From positions 8,930,001-8,994,000 of the forward strand of contig NC_087249.1 in assembly GCF_037042905.1 (NCBI RefSeq): DNA of 64,000 nucleotides. Direction: 5' to 3'. This DNA is from Lytechinus pictus (taxonomy: Eukaryota). The notes under the pieces are model-generated. The model saw only the letters and a list, made by a program, of their open reading frames with translations. It made no database searches and was not told where the DNA came from. Made by a program: the position numbers and the translations under genes. Shown piece after piece: positions 14,150-27,049 of the stretch (the stretch's first letter is position 1; each line of letters begins with the position of its first letter).

Positions 14150-14335
14150 AGTGATGATGATGATGATGATGATGACGATGATGATAATGATGGTGAAGAT
14201 GAATGATGATGATGGTGGTGGTGGTGATGGTAATGATGATGAATGATGATGATGGTGATAATGGCGAAAATGATGATGATTATGATGATGGTGAAGATGA
14301 TGGTGAAGATGGTGATGACAAATATAGTGATGACA
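14150..14335. repeat. (GAT)n-type microsatellite
   Basis: Read directly. Confidence 0.9.
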
Positions 14336-14577
14336 AGGTGCGCGCGCGCGTGTGTGTTTTGTTATCGTCAATTTTTTTTTTCTCAATACAAACACTTTCT
14401 TCGATATGCTTTACTCTGACCTCCAGACAAACTAGACAAGCTTTTATTCAATCAAATGGCAAATTCACGACTAGCATTAAATCTTAATGCTAAGTGAACA
14501 CCTCAATATCGATATCAATATGGTTGCTCTGGTGACGGATATAGTCAACCATACTGGCGGGTTGGGGTTATAAATGC

Positions 14578-15179
14578 TTAAAGGGGAATCCAACCTAAAT
14601 AAAAACTTGTTTTTATAAGGAAAAGAAAAATCAGACAAGTTTATAGGTGAAAGTTTGAACAATATTGGACATACAACAAGAAAGTTATGAATTTTTAAAA
14701 GTTGTAAATATTGGTAATCACTATACCCATGGAGACTTCAAATTGGCCACATATGGGATGTCATAGTGATGTAAGGCAATGACTACTCTTCCACGTACTC
14801 CAATACATATTATGGCTAAAATGTCATTTTCCAAAAAGTTTTATTTCAAATTATATTTTTCTTTCATGAGGACATAAAACAATATACTACCTGGGTTATA
14901 TTTAGATTACTGCCCCAGGGGAATGGGTACTTCGGAGAAAACCACAAATCCCTGATAATAAAGTACATGGCCTATGGGAAAGTTGTCCTTGCCCCTTGTC
15001 ATAATTTACTTACCCAGTTGCCAATTTGAAATCTACATAGTATTAGTGATCTCAATTTTAGAGCAGCTATAACTTTCTTATTGCTTGTCCGATTTCATTC
15101 AAACTTTCACCATTCTGTTTAATTTATTTTTCTCCTTCCCAACACAACATTTTATGGCCAAGGCTGGATTCCCCTTTAA
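14578..15179. mobile_element. TTAA-flanked MITE (Kolobok/T2-like)
   Basis: TTAA|AGGGGAATCCAACC ... GGCTGGATTCCCCT|TTAA, with subterminal inverted AAGAAAGTTAT motifs. Confidence 0.88.
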
Positions 15180-15659
15180 ATATTCTCTCCATATTTATAC
15201 AATATTTCATAATGCTTCTCTGCTTTTAATGCGTGACTCTTTTCTCTTTGTGAATTAACCTTGCTTGCACACCAACTACACTGCATTTCTGCTGCAAATA
15301 CAGAAACGAATAAACATGTGTAAATTATTCAGCCATTCTGCTTTATATCGCGATGCCTTCTAATCTTTTTGATAAGTCGTCGTGATCGAATTCGATCGAT
15401 ACTTATTTTCGGCACTTCAACAAAAGGCGAGTTAATCCAATAGCAGGGGCAGCCAAGGAGTTGATCGGGACAGAGATCGATAATGGGGGACCCCGATGGG
15501 TCTTTCCTCCCACCAACCTACCTTCAATAATCGCTCCTGTGATATTTTGTACAATTATCTTTATTATGGGTAATTATTTGTCTTTTTTGAACAGTGCTTT
15601 TTGTTGATATTGTAATATTTTGCAATGTACCCTTACTATGCTTTTGAACTGAATGATTT

Positions 15660-16347
15660 TGATAAATACTATTACAAAACAAAAGTTAGGCGCGCCGGAA
15701 CACTTTCAGTTTTGAGGAGGAAATGACAAACTTCATACAATAGGTTATATTTCATCTAACAAATGTTCGTTTTGTTATCAACAAGTTTAAACTCTTGATC
15801 ACTTATACAAAAGTTGCCCGAATGTTCAAACACTTTGAAAAAATATTGGACATAAATTAAGGTTAAAAGAATTGGAGAATCTCTCCATGGAAGACACTTT
15901 GTTAGGGATTGGTGGAAGTTCAAATAGGATAAAATGTAACTTTAATACTTAAAAAAGATATTTATTCTGCAAGGCAGGAAGCATTTTTGCCACCTGTTGG
16001 AACCATAATAAAACATTGTAGAAAATATAGGGAAGAGGAATATAAGATTGCACAAGAGAGGAATACCTTGGCAATACATCTCCAGAAATGGGAACAGGTT
16101 GATTTAGAGTAACGAATGGATGCGTATATTTCATTTTTATCATTACTTTTTTTTCCAAATATGTACATGTATTAAACAATGTTTTATAATATTAGTCTTT
16201 TGTAATTTTCAGTAAATGTGATCAAATGTTACCTTTAATAATTATTTGCAATATTCATTTCGTCTTGTAATGTTTTGTGATACATGTATGATATGTTTGG
16301 TTATGAATATATTGAAATAACAAAAATTGTTTCAAAACAAAAAAAAT
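15660..16347 (+). mobile_element. Decayed L1/Tx1-type LINE ORF2 3' fragment
   Basis: KLHTIGYISSNKCSFCYQQV*TLDHLYKSC (CCHC-like motif), then KYREEEYKIAQERNTLAIHLQKWEQVDLE*, then an A-rich tail. Confidence 0.75.
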
Positions 16348-19076
16348 CTTGAAGGGGGGGGGGCAATCTTGTAACATTGGGAGATCCTCAATGAGAGAGC
16401 AAAGCGACCGAGCGGATAGGGCATACTCGTCGACGTACGCGAGGCTTCCATCTATACACTGAATCTATAGGGCCTAAGTATAACTTAAAAAGCGTTGGGT
16501 ATCACATGGCATTGCATACATATTCAAGTCACGCGTAGAGTCATGCGTATATGTTACGAACATCTTCAGATAACAATCCCTTGAACTTTTATTCAAATAA
16601 AGATGATAAAGGAAACGAAATGTGTCTTTTAGTAATTTTCGTACATATTCACATAAATATTGCTTGAAACGTCTCTAGCTTTGATTTGCAATATGAGTCG
16701 TGAATATACAAATCGATTTATTTTAATGATTATATTTTAAGACCATGTCTGAAATGCGAAAAGGAAATTGGTTTACTTCGACCCCAGATTTATAAATGTC
16801 AGAATTATAAACGTACCCTGTAAAGGTCGAAGCTAAAAGGCCGTCGAGCATTTGTATGACCATAACAACTGGGCGAAACGTTGATACCCCACTGTTTATT
16901 GATTTTGGTCTGACTTCGATTTTTGTTTCAACCTTGAACTTCATGAAAACAGACGTAAACTAAAATCAAGCTGGTGGAATAGAACCAGTCATTAAGGGAG
17001 GGTGGTTTATGTTACTTATTATTAAACGATATGTTTGCCCCCCAATATTTTCATTGGTGGGGCGATCGCCCCCCTGCCCCCCCCCCCCCCGGATCGACGC
17101 CTCTGGTATCATGTTGGCCTAATATGTAGTAGATTGTAGTGTAAGTATTGTTTTTCATGTTGTTGTCGTTATGGTAGTGGTGGTGGTGTGGCGTGTACAT
17201 TGTGTTTGAGATTGCAACGTGATGTACTACATGAAGTAGATTGCGATGGTTGTTGTGGTGTTGTTGGTGATGGGATGGAGGCGATGATCATGGCGGTCTT
17301 ATGTAGACTGTGGTAGTGTTTGTGATGGGGTAAAAGGTCTTTGTCAAAAGGGACATAGAATATAGGGAAGTGAGATAACAGGAGTAGGCATACGACAATA
17401 ATAAAATTAGACTTCAATCCTCTTGTCATCGTTTTTTTTTTTTTGTTAAGTCACATCTGACAACATTTTTCCAATAATAATGTTTTGATGTATGAATATT
17501 AAGAATAATAACAACAACAACAACAATAGCAGTGATAATGATAGAAGTAATAATAATGATAATAATGATAACATTGATAATAACAATAATAACAACGTCA
17601 TAATTATTTTACCCAAGGCAGTCACAATATTTCCGAAAGCTGAAGTCCCATGCAGCGGGCAGTGCTTAATATGACAATGTGACTATTTACCCTGACTTTA
17701 GCGCAGCTACCTTGATCGGGCGCTCGAGCACTGAGGAATTTCTTCGTGTAGGCTCTAACCCATTTACGACACCTGGATGGAGAGTGGCAAATGTAGATAA
17801 ACACCTTACCTCAGACGTGTAAATGCCATTACAAATGTTATGAAGGCTTACATGATAATTATTTACAGCCTCCTGAGAATTATGTCGGTTCAAATAGATT
17901 TATTGAAAATGTGATCATTTGTGTTTGTCATCAAAAGAATTTAAATCGATTAGAAACGAGTCATTAAGTAATACTAAACAAATGCAAATTGGTGTGTGAG
18001 TATACGTATTATTTTAAGGGCAAAAATTATATCGACCTCTTTTATAACGCACTCGTCAATGACGTCAGCAAAGTGAGGAGACGGATATTGTTTTATAGAT
18101 TCCTACTGGCATGTTAATATGAGACGGGGGGTACATTAATAGAATGATCGATGTGACATGGCTTGAAGAAGAATTAAGGCGGTTTGGGCCCCACTTATTA
18201 GTGTTAAAGAGCTATATAAAATTTTTGTATAATCATTATTGATGCAGTGGTATATCCACTATCAAAACCTGTCTATCTATCTATGTAATATATATCTATC
18301 TATCCATCCATCCATCCCTCTATCCGCCCATCTATCTATAATATCTATCTATCTATCTGTCATTCTTGGGTAGTGTTTAATCTTTCCTTTCATCTACTTC
18401 TATACGAAACTTCCTAAGACTATATATCTATGCCCATATTTCAGAAAATCCTGAATCCATCCCACCCCACCCCCCCCCCCCATTCCTTCTATATATCTCT
18501 CTGCTTCTTTCCTTTTTTACATGCCATATCATTCCCTTTTATATATAGATACTCTTTGTCTAATTTGAGGAACTCAAAGTTCACTGCAACTGGAAGAAAT
18601 CGACAAAATGCCCTTTATAAGGATATTGAAAACATTGATTTAGTTTTATGACTGAAAATCATCTTTATGATTTGCTTTGGAGATGATCATTGCTTTATTA
18701 CCTTGTCTGGGCCTTTATTGACAAGGAGATGGTATTTGATTGACAGTTTCATTATAAAGTGTTATCTTCCTATTTGAAAAAAGATTTATCATAATCACTG
18801 AGGCTTGTTTTATGATGTCTCATTGCTTTATATCAACTGATATTAGCAAGGTTTTAAGATCATGAATCGTGATTTGACAGTGACCTCAAGTTCAACAAAC
18901 AACGTTTAGACATTCATCAATATCAAAGGCTGTTGCGATCTTAACATTGCAATCCATAACTGACGTCACAATTTTTCTATGATATTTGTGAAATTTATTA
19001 TCTGATCTAAATTACAGTGCAAACAAATTGTCTCCTTCTTTCCAGTCTGCAGTTCGTCTCTCTCTCATATTTACAC

Positions 19077-19079
<3 letters not shown>

Positions 19080-19132
<53 letters not shown>
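19080..19132. repeat. (TA)n microsatellite
   Basis: Read directly. Confidence 0.95.
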
Positions 19133-19135
<3 letters not shown>

Positions 19136-20987
19136 CTGCGATCTAAAATTTAGTTGCTTGTTCGATTATTCGATTATTTCATATCAAAATGATGGTGTGC
19201 ACGTCATAATTTTTTTTTTCAAGAAAATGAAATAAGTGGTGCACGAGAGGGTGTAGGGTTAGCGATAGTACACAAAAGATATACATGTCGATATATACAT
19301 ACATTTCTTAAAAGTTTTGATTTTTTTTTTGCTTGCAAAATATTGAGGAGATGACAGACAGAAAGGTAAATGAATGTTTCGAGATTGTACTGGACAGAAA
19401 AAGATGGAAAACAATGATACCCAAATTCTAAAAAAAAAACAGCGTTTCTGTTTAAGTTGATATAAGCACAGTTTCCCATAGGCGGCATCAAGCATATTTC
19501 AAAGGAATTACTTTTACATACACCCTGTTTTAAAATAACCATTTCAACGTAGTTTAGCTTTTTTTTTTCAATAATCAGGGAGGGGTGCAGGAGAACCTAA
19601 CTTTTTCTCAATTCAGTTGTAGGAGTATTATAGATTTACACGATCCTTTACCTCCCTTTTCGACACTCTTTTTCTTTCTTTCTTTCTTTCTTTTCTCTTT
19701 ATTTTCTCCAATCATAAATTGAGAAACCACAGCGGCGGCTGCCCTCTGACATCCCCCCTTGACACAGCACCTGACTATATAGCATGTATAGTAAGATAAC
19801 TATATATTGCATATTACTTGCTACAGTTTCAATTCATTCACGGTAATTCTTCATTATTTTTACGACCTATTTTGATCAGTGTTTATTCTTCAAATTGGCA
19901 CCGATTGTATATTTTTGTTTGCATTGCTACATATTTTATTTTTTATTTTTTTAATACAGATTACAGATCAACATAGAAAATGTACATGTAGACTTTTTTC
20001 AAATTCAACATTCACGGAATGGTGTGTTAAAAGGGTGATTTTGAGGCTTCAATCGCGTTTTATGGTATCGTGAATATTTATCTTTTCTTTTTCTTGAATG
20101 AATTATTGTGATGATTAAAACAAAATCACAGCGAAGATATATTTTTGTTCTGATGTATTATTACGCCATTATACCATCAAAGTTTATTTGGAAAATCCAT
20201 AAAATGGGGTCAGTTTATCACAAATAATAAATATGTTTCTTTTAATGTTTTTTTTTTAGAGTGAAGTACATTTATCGAATATCCCTGCTATGTTTGACCC
20301 ACTGATCATATAGAATTAAACCATAATAGTGAAAGCTGCAAAGATGTCAACCTTGCGAGAGAGTGATAGAACAATTTCGATTTTGATCGCAATCATCCTG
20401 AAAATAATTTAGTCATCCATTAGTGTGGTGGGGTGATCGGAGTTAATTGCTTGCTTTCAGACTCTCGCCACGTCAGCCATATGACTGCATCCTGGTGGTT
20501 GCTAGGCAACCGATACACAATGATGCGATCCACCCTGTACTTTGTAGGGACGATGCTGGTGTTGGTTGCTATACGAAGACGTGGGGAGAAGGGTGGAGGA
20601 GCGACTGATGGAGAGGGGTTAGGTTAATAGTAGACTAGCCCGTATTGTGAGGTATAGTTTAATCGTGTCTATATGAATAGAACAAAAACCACGACTTTGA
20701 ACTCTCTACCAGATTGAATTAGAAATACAAAATATATACGAATAAAACGAGGAACAACGTCGCATGGCATTCGTCACTCGACTCTCTCATAACGTTGATG
20801 AAATCAAATAAAACTCATTGTACCTAATATACAGCACTATATACAATTTGCAATATTAATTCAAAATTTCCTTCTTTTTTTATAATTGATGTATTATGAG
20901 ATATGGCCAGCCCTAAAAAATAATAAGTGGGTGGTATATACACTCTCAATTTTAAGGAAATAACATAAATCAAGTGGACTGTAATCA

Positions 20988-21123
20988 GGGACCAATCGAA
21001 TTCTAGATTTAGGTTGAATCCTAAAGATTCATTTTTAAATCTCGAAAGATTTATCAATTCAAATTCTCCGAGGTTTAAGGAATTTTTAAGGATTCAAGCT
21101 AAATCTAGAATTCGATTGGTCCC
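20988..21123. mobile_element. Short palindromic MITE
   Basis: GGGACCAATCGAATTCTAGATTTAG ... CTAAATCTAGAATTCGATTGGTCCC. Confidence 0.85.
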
Positions 21124-21286
21124 CAATTAAAGATTGCGCTGTATTTTTCCATCTTGCTAATATTGATGGACGTATTACGTTTACATAATAGTTCCGACAT
21201 CTTACTCTTTATTTCAATATTCCCCCTTCTGTTTGAACGCACTCCTCTCCCCTCTATACTGTTCTCGACTGAAGGCGTCTTCACCG

Positions 21287-21437
21287 GGGCCCCGTAACAC
21301 GAAGGTTAGCGATTAATCGTTAACTTGAAAGAACAATTCTGATTGGTTCCCAGTCAGCCTACCAAGCAAAATGCGCATGCAACGATGATCGTGATAGGTC
21401 ATTTCATTTAACGATTAATTTTTGTGTTACGGGGCCC
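21287..21437. mobile_element. Short MITE, same family as 30736-30899
   Basis: GGGCCCCGTAACAC ... GTGTTACGGGGCCC; shared interior CAATTCTGATTGGTTCC and ATGCGCATGCAA. Confidence 0.85.
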
Positions 21438-22819
21438 TGCATGGTTGAATAACCCATGATGAAACTTGCACCACTATTAAGACTGAAAAAAAATGCAACA
21501 CCTCAACACATGTTCTTGCCCCTTAAAAATAATATCTAGGCGTCATGGGCCCCAACAACCAGATGTAGGTGATGACTATGGCAACAGTTGCCAAGGAACC
21601 TGCAGAAATTTAATACTTCGAGTATAGAACCTGAAAATAGACCAACATTTGCCTCTCCTCCGTCTTTCTTTTCTGATTTTCGATCGATGTAAAATTGCAT
21701 TGTTTAGGTGTCAGTCCATCACACTTCATTTCAGTCGCCAACTTTTTTTTTAACGGAAGGGGGAAGCGGTATTGACGCAATCCTGAAAGGTAAAAGGTGA
21801 AGTCATTGTTCCGGTTAACAAGAGCGTCAAAGGAAAGTGATGTCAAGTCGATCCTGGAGCTTTTGTTATCACCACAAAGTAGAAGTTTTTGAGGGACATG
21901 TAAAGGGGGGGGGGGTGAATCTCTTTATATTATATTAATTAACCTCCTATTTTGTAAGAAATACAATTTACTGACGATGCAGCATTTATTAGAAATTTAA
22001 ACTCCGAAACGTGCTTAAAATCATTGTCACAAGAGAGGAATTGAAGTTTTCAAAGACACTTTTATAACATCAATTAAAATTCAACAAATTTCACTACATC
22101 ATAATTATTTCTTAATATAGTTTTTTAAGCGCTAAGGGGCATATCAAATTGGTGTGTTATTGCATAAAATATTTATCCAGTAATAAGAATTATGAAAATC
22201 TTTAATTAAATCACTTTTACCGTAAAATTGATCTTTACACTTTGAAAACACTGAGTAAAATTTTACCTAATATTGGGTAGAAAGGGAATATGTATGTTTG
22301 CTGGGTATTTTTTAACCCCATATTGAGCTATTTCAACGCAACATTGCGTAAAATTTACAAAATATTGGGTAAACATTTTTTTTTAGTATAAGAAAGACAC
22401 GTCCATGTAGTCAGGATTTGAGTAGTCCACACCAAGTGCCTGGCCACCTTCTTTGAAGACCCGTCCCACAATTCATAGGCCTATATACACTTATGTTTGT
22501 CATGTGGGCACTTGTTAAATCAACACTGTATAAAAGTTGACACATTCACAATCACCAAACAAAACGGCGGGAGTATATAGGCCTATACTGGATAATTAAA
22601 TATCAATCGTGTCAAAAGTGCGTTTATGCAAGTAAGGAAATTATCTTTTTTTAAGAGAAGAGACATCAAACTGAGATGGGGTGAAACCAAGCTATCAAGC
22701 TTTATGCGATTGGAGACTTTACCTAGCTATAAGCTGGTAAAAATTAGAAATAAAGCGCGGGAAATGTGAAAGCTTCAAAATAAATATTTCTATTTTAAAT
22801 GACAAAGGTTTACAAAAGC

Positions 22820-23400
22820 TTAAAGGTCAAGTCCACTACAGGAAAATGTTGATTTGAATAAATAGAGAAAAATCACATTAGCATAACGCTGAAAATTTCA
22901 TCAAAATCGGATGTAAAATAAGAAAGTTATGGCAATTTAAATTTTCGCTTATTTTAAAAAAAAAACAGTGATATGCCCAACTCAGTGACATGCAAATGAG
23001 ACAGTCGATGATGTCCCTCACTCACTATTTCTTTTGTTTTTTATTGTTTGAATTATACAATATTTCATTTTTTTAAATATGACAATATGGACCAACTTGA
23101 CTGAACCATATAGTATTAAACAATGCAAATTCCATATGTTCAGGGAGGAATTATTGTTGTTTCACTTGACAATGAAGAGAAAATTATAATATTTCATATA
23201 ATAAAATACAAAAGAAATAGTGAGTGGATGATGTCATCGGTCTCCTCATTTGCATACCGACCAGGATGTGCATATAACTTTTTTGTGAAATAACTTTCTT
23301 ATTTTACATCCGATTTTGATGAAATTTTCGGTGTTATGTTTGTTGGAATTTTCTCTTTTTATTCAAATAAACTTTTCGTTTGGGTGGACTTGTCATTTAA
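22820..23400. mobile_element. TTAA-flanked MITE (Kolobok/T2-like), copy 1
   Basis: TTAA|AGGTCAAGTCCAC ... GTGGACTTGTCAT|TTAA; alignable along its length to 56475-57090. Confidence 0.9.
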
Positions 23401-24974
23401 ATGTAGCATGATTTTTACTTACATTTTTTTCACCTAAAAATTGTGCATCATTCTTGTTAAAGGAACAATGCGGTGTAAGAAAATGCATTGCCTTATTGTG
23501 TTCTCATGAGGATTATTTCTTTTATTTTCTTTTAATTTCGTTCCTTTTCGTTTCGTTTCATTCCGTTTCGTTTTATTTCATTTCAGTATATTTCAACTAA
23601 GATTCGACTGCCTGTAACTGTATGTATAAATCGTATATGTGTAACGTTATCAGGTCTTGATCTCGTTTAATTCGAATATTATCAGCAAATGCAAACAGAT
23701 TTATTGATTTATAAATGCATAATAATAATAATGTTACACAAAAATGATAAAAAGGCCTATATTTTTAAAAGAAACACTGTGAAGTTGCTAACTATCATGG
23801 TCATGAATGGGACAAAAATAGTTTGACATTATAAATTGTATCTTTAATCCTTTAAAATACTGTAAATACAATATGACATTTGCTTATGCGGCAGAATACT
23901 AAAACCTTAATAACTAAAACACAATAGTGCAAATACATTTTGCCCGTTGATGAATTTTGCACCAATGTTATTAATGTGAGTGGCGCCGTTAAGTCACGAC
24001 TCATCAATCATCGTGACATTATTATCATGCTTCCACAAAACAAACCAATTACGAGATTTTAAATGAAATCTCTCATACTATCGTCACAGTCACAACCCAT
24101 TATCAATATGAGAAAGCCTGGGATGAAATAATAAATTTCGTTCATGGGTGCAGGGAAAAAGTCACTTGGCAATTAGCAATTCGTCAATACGTCTTTCCCC
24201 CAATCAAAATGTCATTTTGAAGAAAGGTATCACTTTCCATGGAGTATGGCACGGTATGTTGATCGTGTTGCCTTGGCGATAAATCAGGGCAGAAAGATGC
24301 TGACATGATAAATGGATCAAATATTGAGTTAGAGAAATGATGGGGGATGGCGAACATAGAATGACAAAGGATCACGGGTCAGTCTCTCATTTTTTTTCCT
24401 GCATGCACGTCGGGCGACATATTTCTCTTAATAATTCACGAAAAACTCTTCAATTTGGTGCTGGTTGCCAGGGCAGCCTATATTGGTATCGGATGCATGG
24501 CTGGATACTGGTGGCTCATCACAAAAGGGCAAGGATGTGATGTCGCAATGGCGATGACATATTTTTCTTTCTTATTTTTTTAACTCGTAGTTTACCGAAA
24601 ATGATGTTGGGTTATTCACCACCTGGTGAAGGTTCAAACTTAGAGAAAGAGGGAGGGGAGAAGGAAAGAGGGAGGAAGTGAGAGAGAGAGGGGATGGGAG
24701 AGATAGGAAAATAGAGAGGGTGAGGGTGCAATATAGATATTGAGAGAGAGTGGCAGCGAGGGGGAGGGAGAGAGAGTGAGGAAGAGACACTGATAGAAAA
24801 GAAAGAAAAAAAGAGAGGGGAGAGAGAGGAGGGGAGAAAATGAAGGAGGACAGGGGTAAAGGGCATGAGAAGTGTATTCCATGGATATGGATATGTAGTA
24901 AATAAAATAAATAGCGAGAAATGTAAGAGAACTTCAAGGGATAAGGAGGGAAAGGATAAAGATAAAAACATGAT

Positions 24975-25229
24975 GAAAATCCATATTTTATTGTTCGAAA
25001 TAGATATGTAATGAAATACTCCGAAAATCTGCTTTGCCCAATTGATCGTGGGCCCAGCCGCTGTGCAGCGCTAGATCGACGAGGCTCTATCCCTTTAATG
25101 GTTGAACGCCAAACAGGGTAGCAGCAACTCCCATCTTTTAACATCTTTTAGACTGACGCGACCGGGGTTTGAACCCCCGACCTCCCGGTTGTGAGACGGA
25201 CGCTCTAACAACTGAGCCAACACATCGGT
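24975..25229 (-). mobile_element. tRNA-derived SINE
   Basis: A box TGGCTCAGTTG and B box GGTTCAAACC in a tRNA-like head without a proper acceptor stem, followed by a ~180-nt non-tRNA body. Confidence 0.8.
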
Positions 25230-26622
25230 TGTAAGAGGGGGAGATAGAGAGAAGCGGGAAGCGCGAGGGGGGGGGGGGGTAGAAAGGGAGACAGATACCG
25301 CCGGGGGTTTAGATTGGACAGTTAAAGACAAGGAGAAGAAATTATAAGGATTAAGGAATATGTTTACATTATAATCAACACCTTTGTTTGACATTTCGTA
25401 TCAAACCTGAATAGCGCATAGGCCTATTAACTCTTTGTGCGCTGGACTATGAACCCATCTGTACTGAATTATTTTCAGGGAGGGAAACAATGCATTGTTT
25501 GTTGAGTGTGAAATGCGAAGTTCGCACGGCACCGAGTGTGCATTGGTGCGAAGTACGCGTGGAAAGGGTTAAAATACTAGGCCTAACTATGTTTAGCACA
25601 ATCAATATTATGCAAGACGTGCGATTGTAAAACGAGACACAACAGCCTTTGCATGACTAGTAATTTTGAGTAATTATTATTAGTTTTAAATGAAGGCCGG
25701 GAAAATTCATCACCGTTCGATCAACATTTTAATCTCCATCGGCGAATCATGTGAATATTAACAAGAGAGCTTTAGGAGGTAACGGAAAATAATGGGAATG
25801 TATTATTTCACCCAAAATTTAGACAAATTGAAAAATATGGTTTGGAGTAGGGCCTCTGGAGTATTTCGAAAATTTGAATTGTTATAAGTGTTATGAATAA
25901 TCGGTATATACTTTTGCAAGATGAAAGCCAAAATAAGATTGTTTCGAAAGTTTCTTTCTATCACGTATGATCGAAAAAGTTAGATTTGTCAAGAAAATGT
26001 AAATATACACAATCTATACTGTTAAACTTAATTTTAAATTAAATATAAAAAATGAAGAAAAAAAAACACGTTTGAATTATAACCATAATTTCTGAAATGG
26101 GATCATAATCACTGTCAGTCGTATCATTCATCAGTCTCCCTCTCTACCGACAAATAAAAAAAACATATCAATTACTTGACGGTTGTTTCTAGTTCTCCAA
26201 CACTCTTTCTGTGCTCTTGAAAGGAACATCGGTGAAATTGCCTGGTTAAAACCAGACGTTAGATGGCAGCATTTCAAATATAGACCAATGGTTTCTTTGA
26301 GAACGGGGAAATTGGAGGGATGTTTAGATGAATGGCGACGTGGAAGGGAGAAAAGAACCGAGCTTCATCTATGGCTAATTGTATTGTTCAGAGCAAATCT
26401 AGTCCCCTGGGAAGGGGGTGGGTGGAAAGTGGAGTATGGGGTGGGAAGCTCCTCTGTCAAGGTCTTACAAACTTTCCTCCATTTTGATCGGTTGAGAAGC
26501 AAGATTAAGATATAATTGTCGGATAAACCGTCAAACAAATTCTTTCATGAAACAAACATTTCTGTCAGACAAATGGTCAATCTGACTTGTCACACAACAG
26601 ATGTTGATGAAACGCTCCCCTG

Positions 26623-26774
26623 GGGAGCGGCCCCATGAAAGGACTTGTTTTTATCATCCAAGTCCCATTTTATCTGACAGTTACCATAGTAACAATGCTT
26701 CTCAGCCAATCATAATCAAGGAAAGTTATCGGATCTAACAACTTGTGGGACAAAAATGTTGATGAAACGTTCCC
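26623..26774. mobile_element. CTG-flanked MITE abutting the right end of a related copy
   Basis: ...GATGAAACGCTCCC|CTG|GGGAGCGG...GATGAAACGTTCCC|CTG. Confidence 0.7.
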
Positions 26775-27049
26775 CTGGTGTCAGGAAAAAGGAAAAGAAA
26801 AACATCTTGTTGCAGTAACAGATATGATTAAAGTTTTTTCTCGGAGGAGCGTTTCATAAAAAATTTTCTCCAAGTTGTCATTATTCCTAACATTATGCCG
26901 AACTTTAAACGAAATAAACTTACTTCTTGGAACTTTCACATTCAATTTGAAATGCCATTTATTTAATAATCGCTTCGCATCGAATCGCATGATGTGCGCT
27001 GGGCTTTATGTTAATGAAGGAAAAACGAGGATGGATAACATTTAAATGA

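Noticed and set aside
14132..14487. His-, Asp- and Met-rich ORFs, also at 44899-45611
   Set aside because: Translations of (GAT/CAT)n microsatellites.
25155..25229. Functional tRNA gene (CAC-like loop)
   Set aside because: Acceptor and anticodon stems pair poorly, there is no T-run terminator, and it continues into a SINE body.
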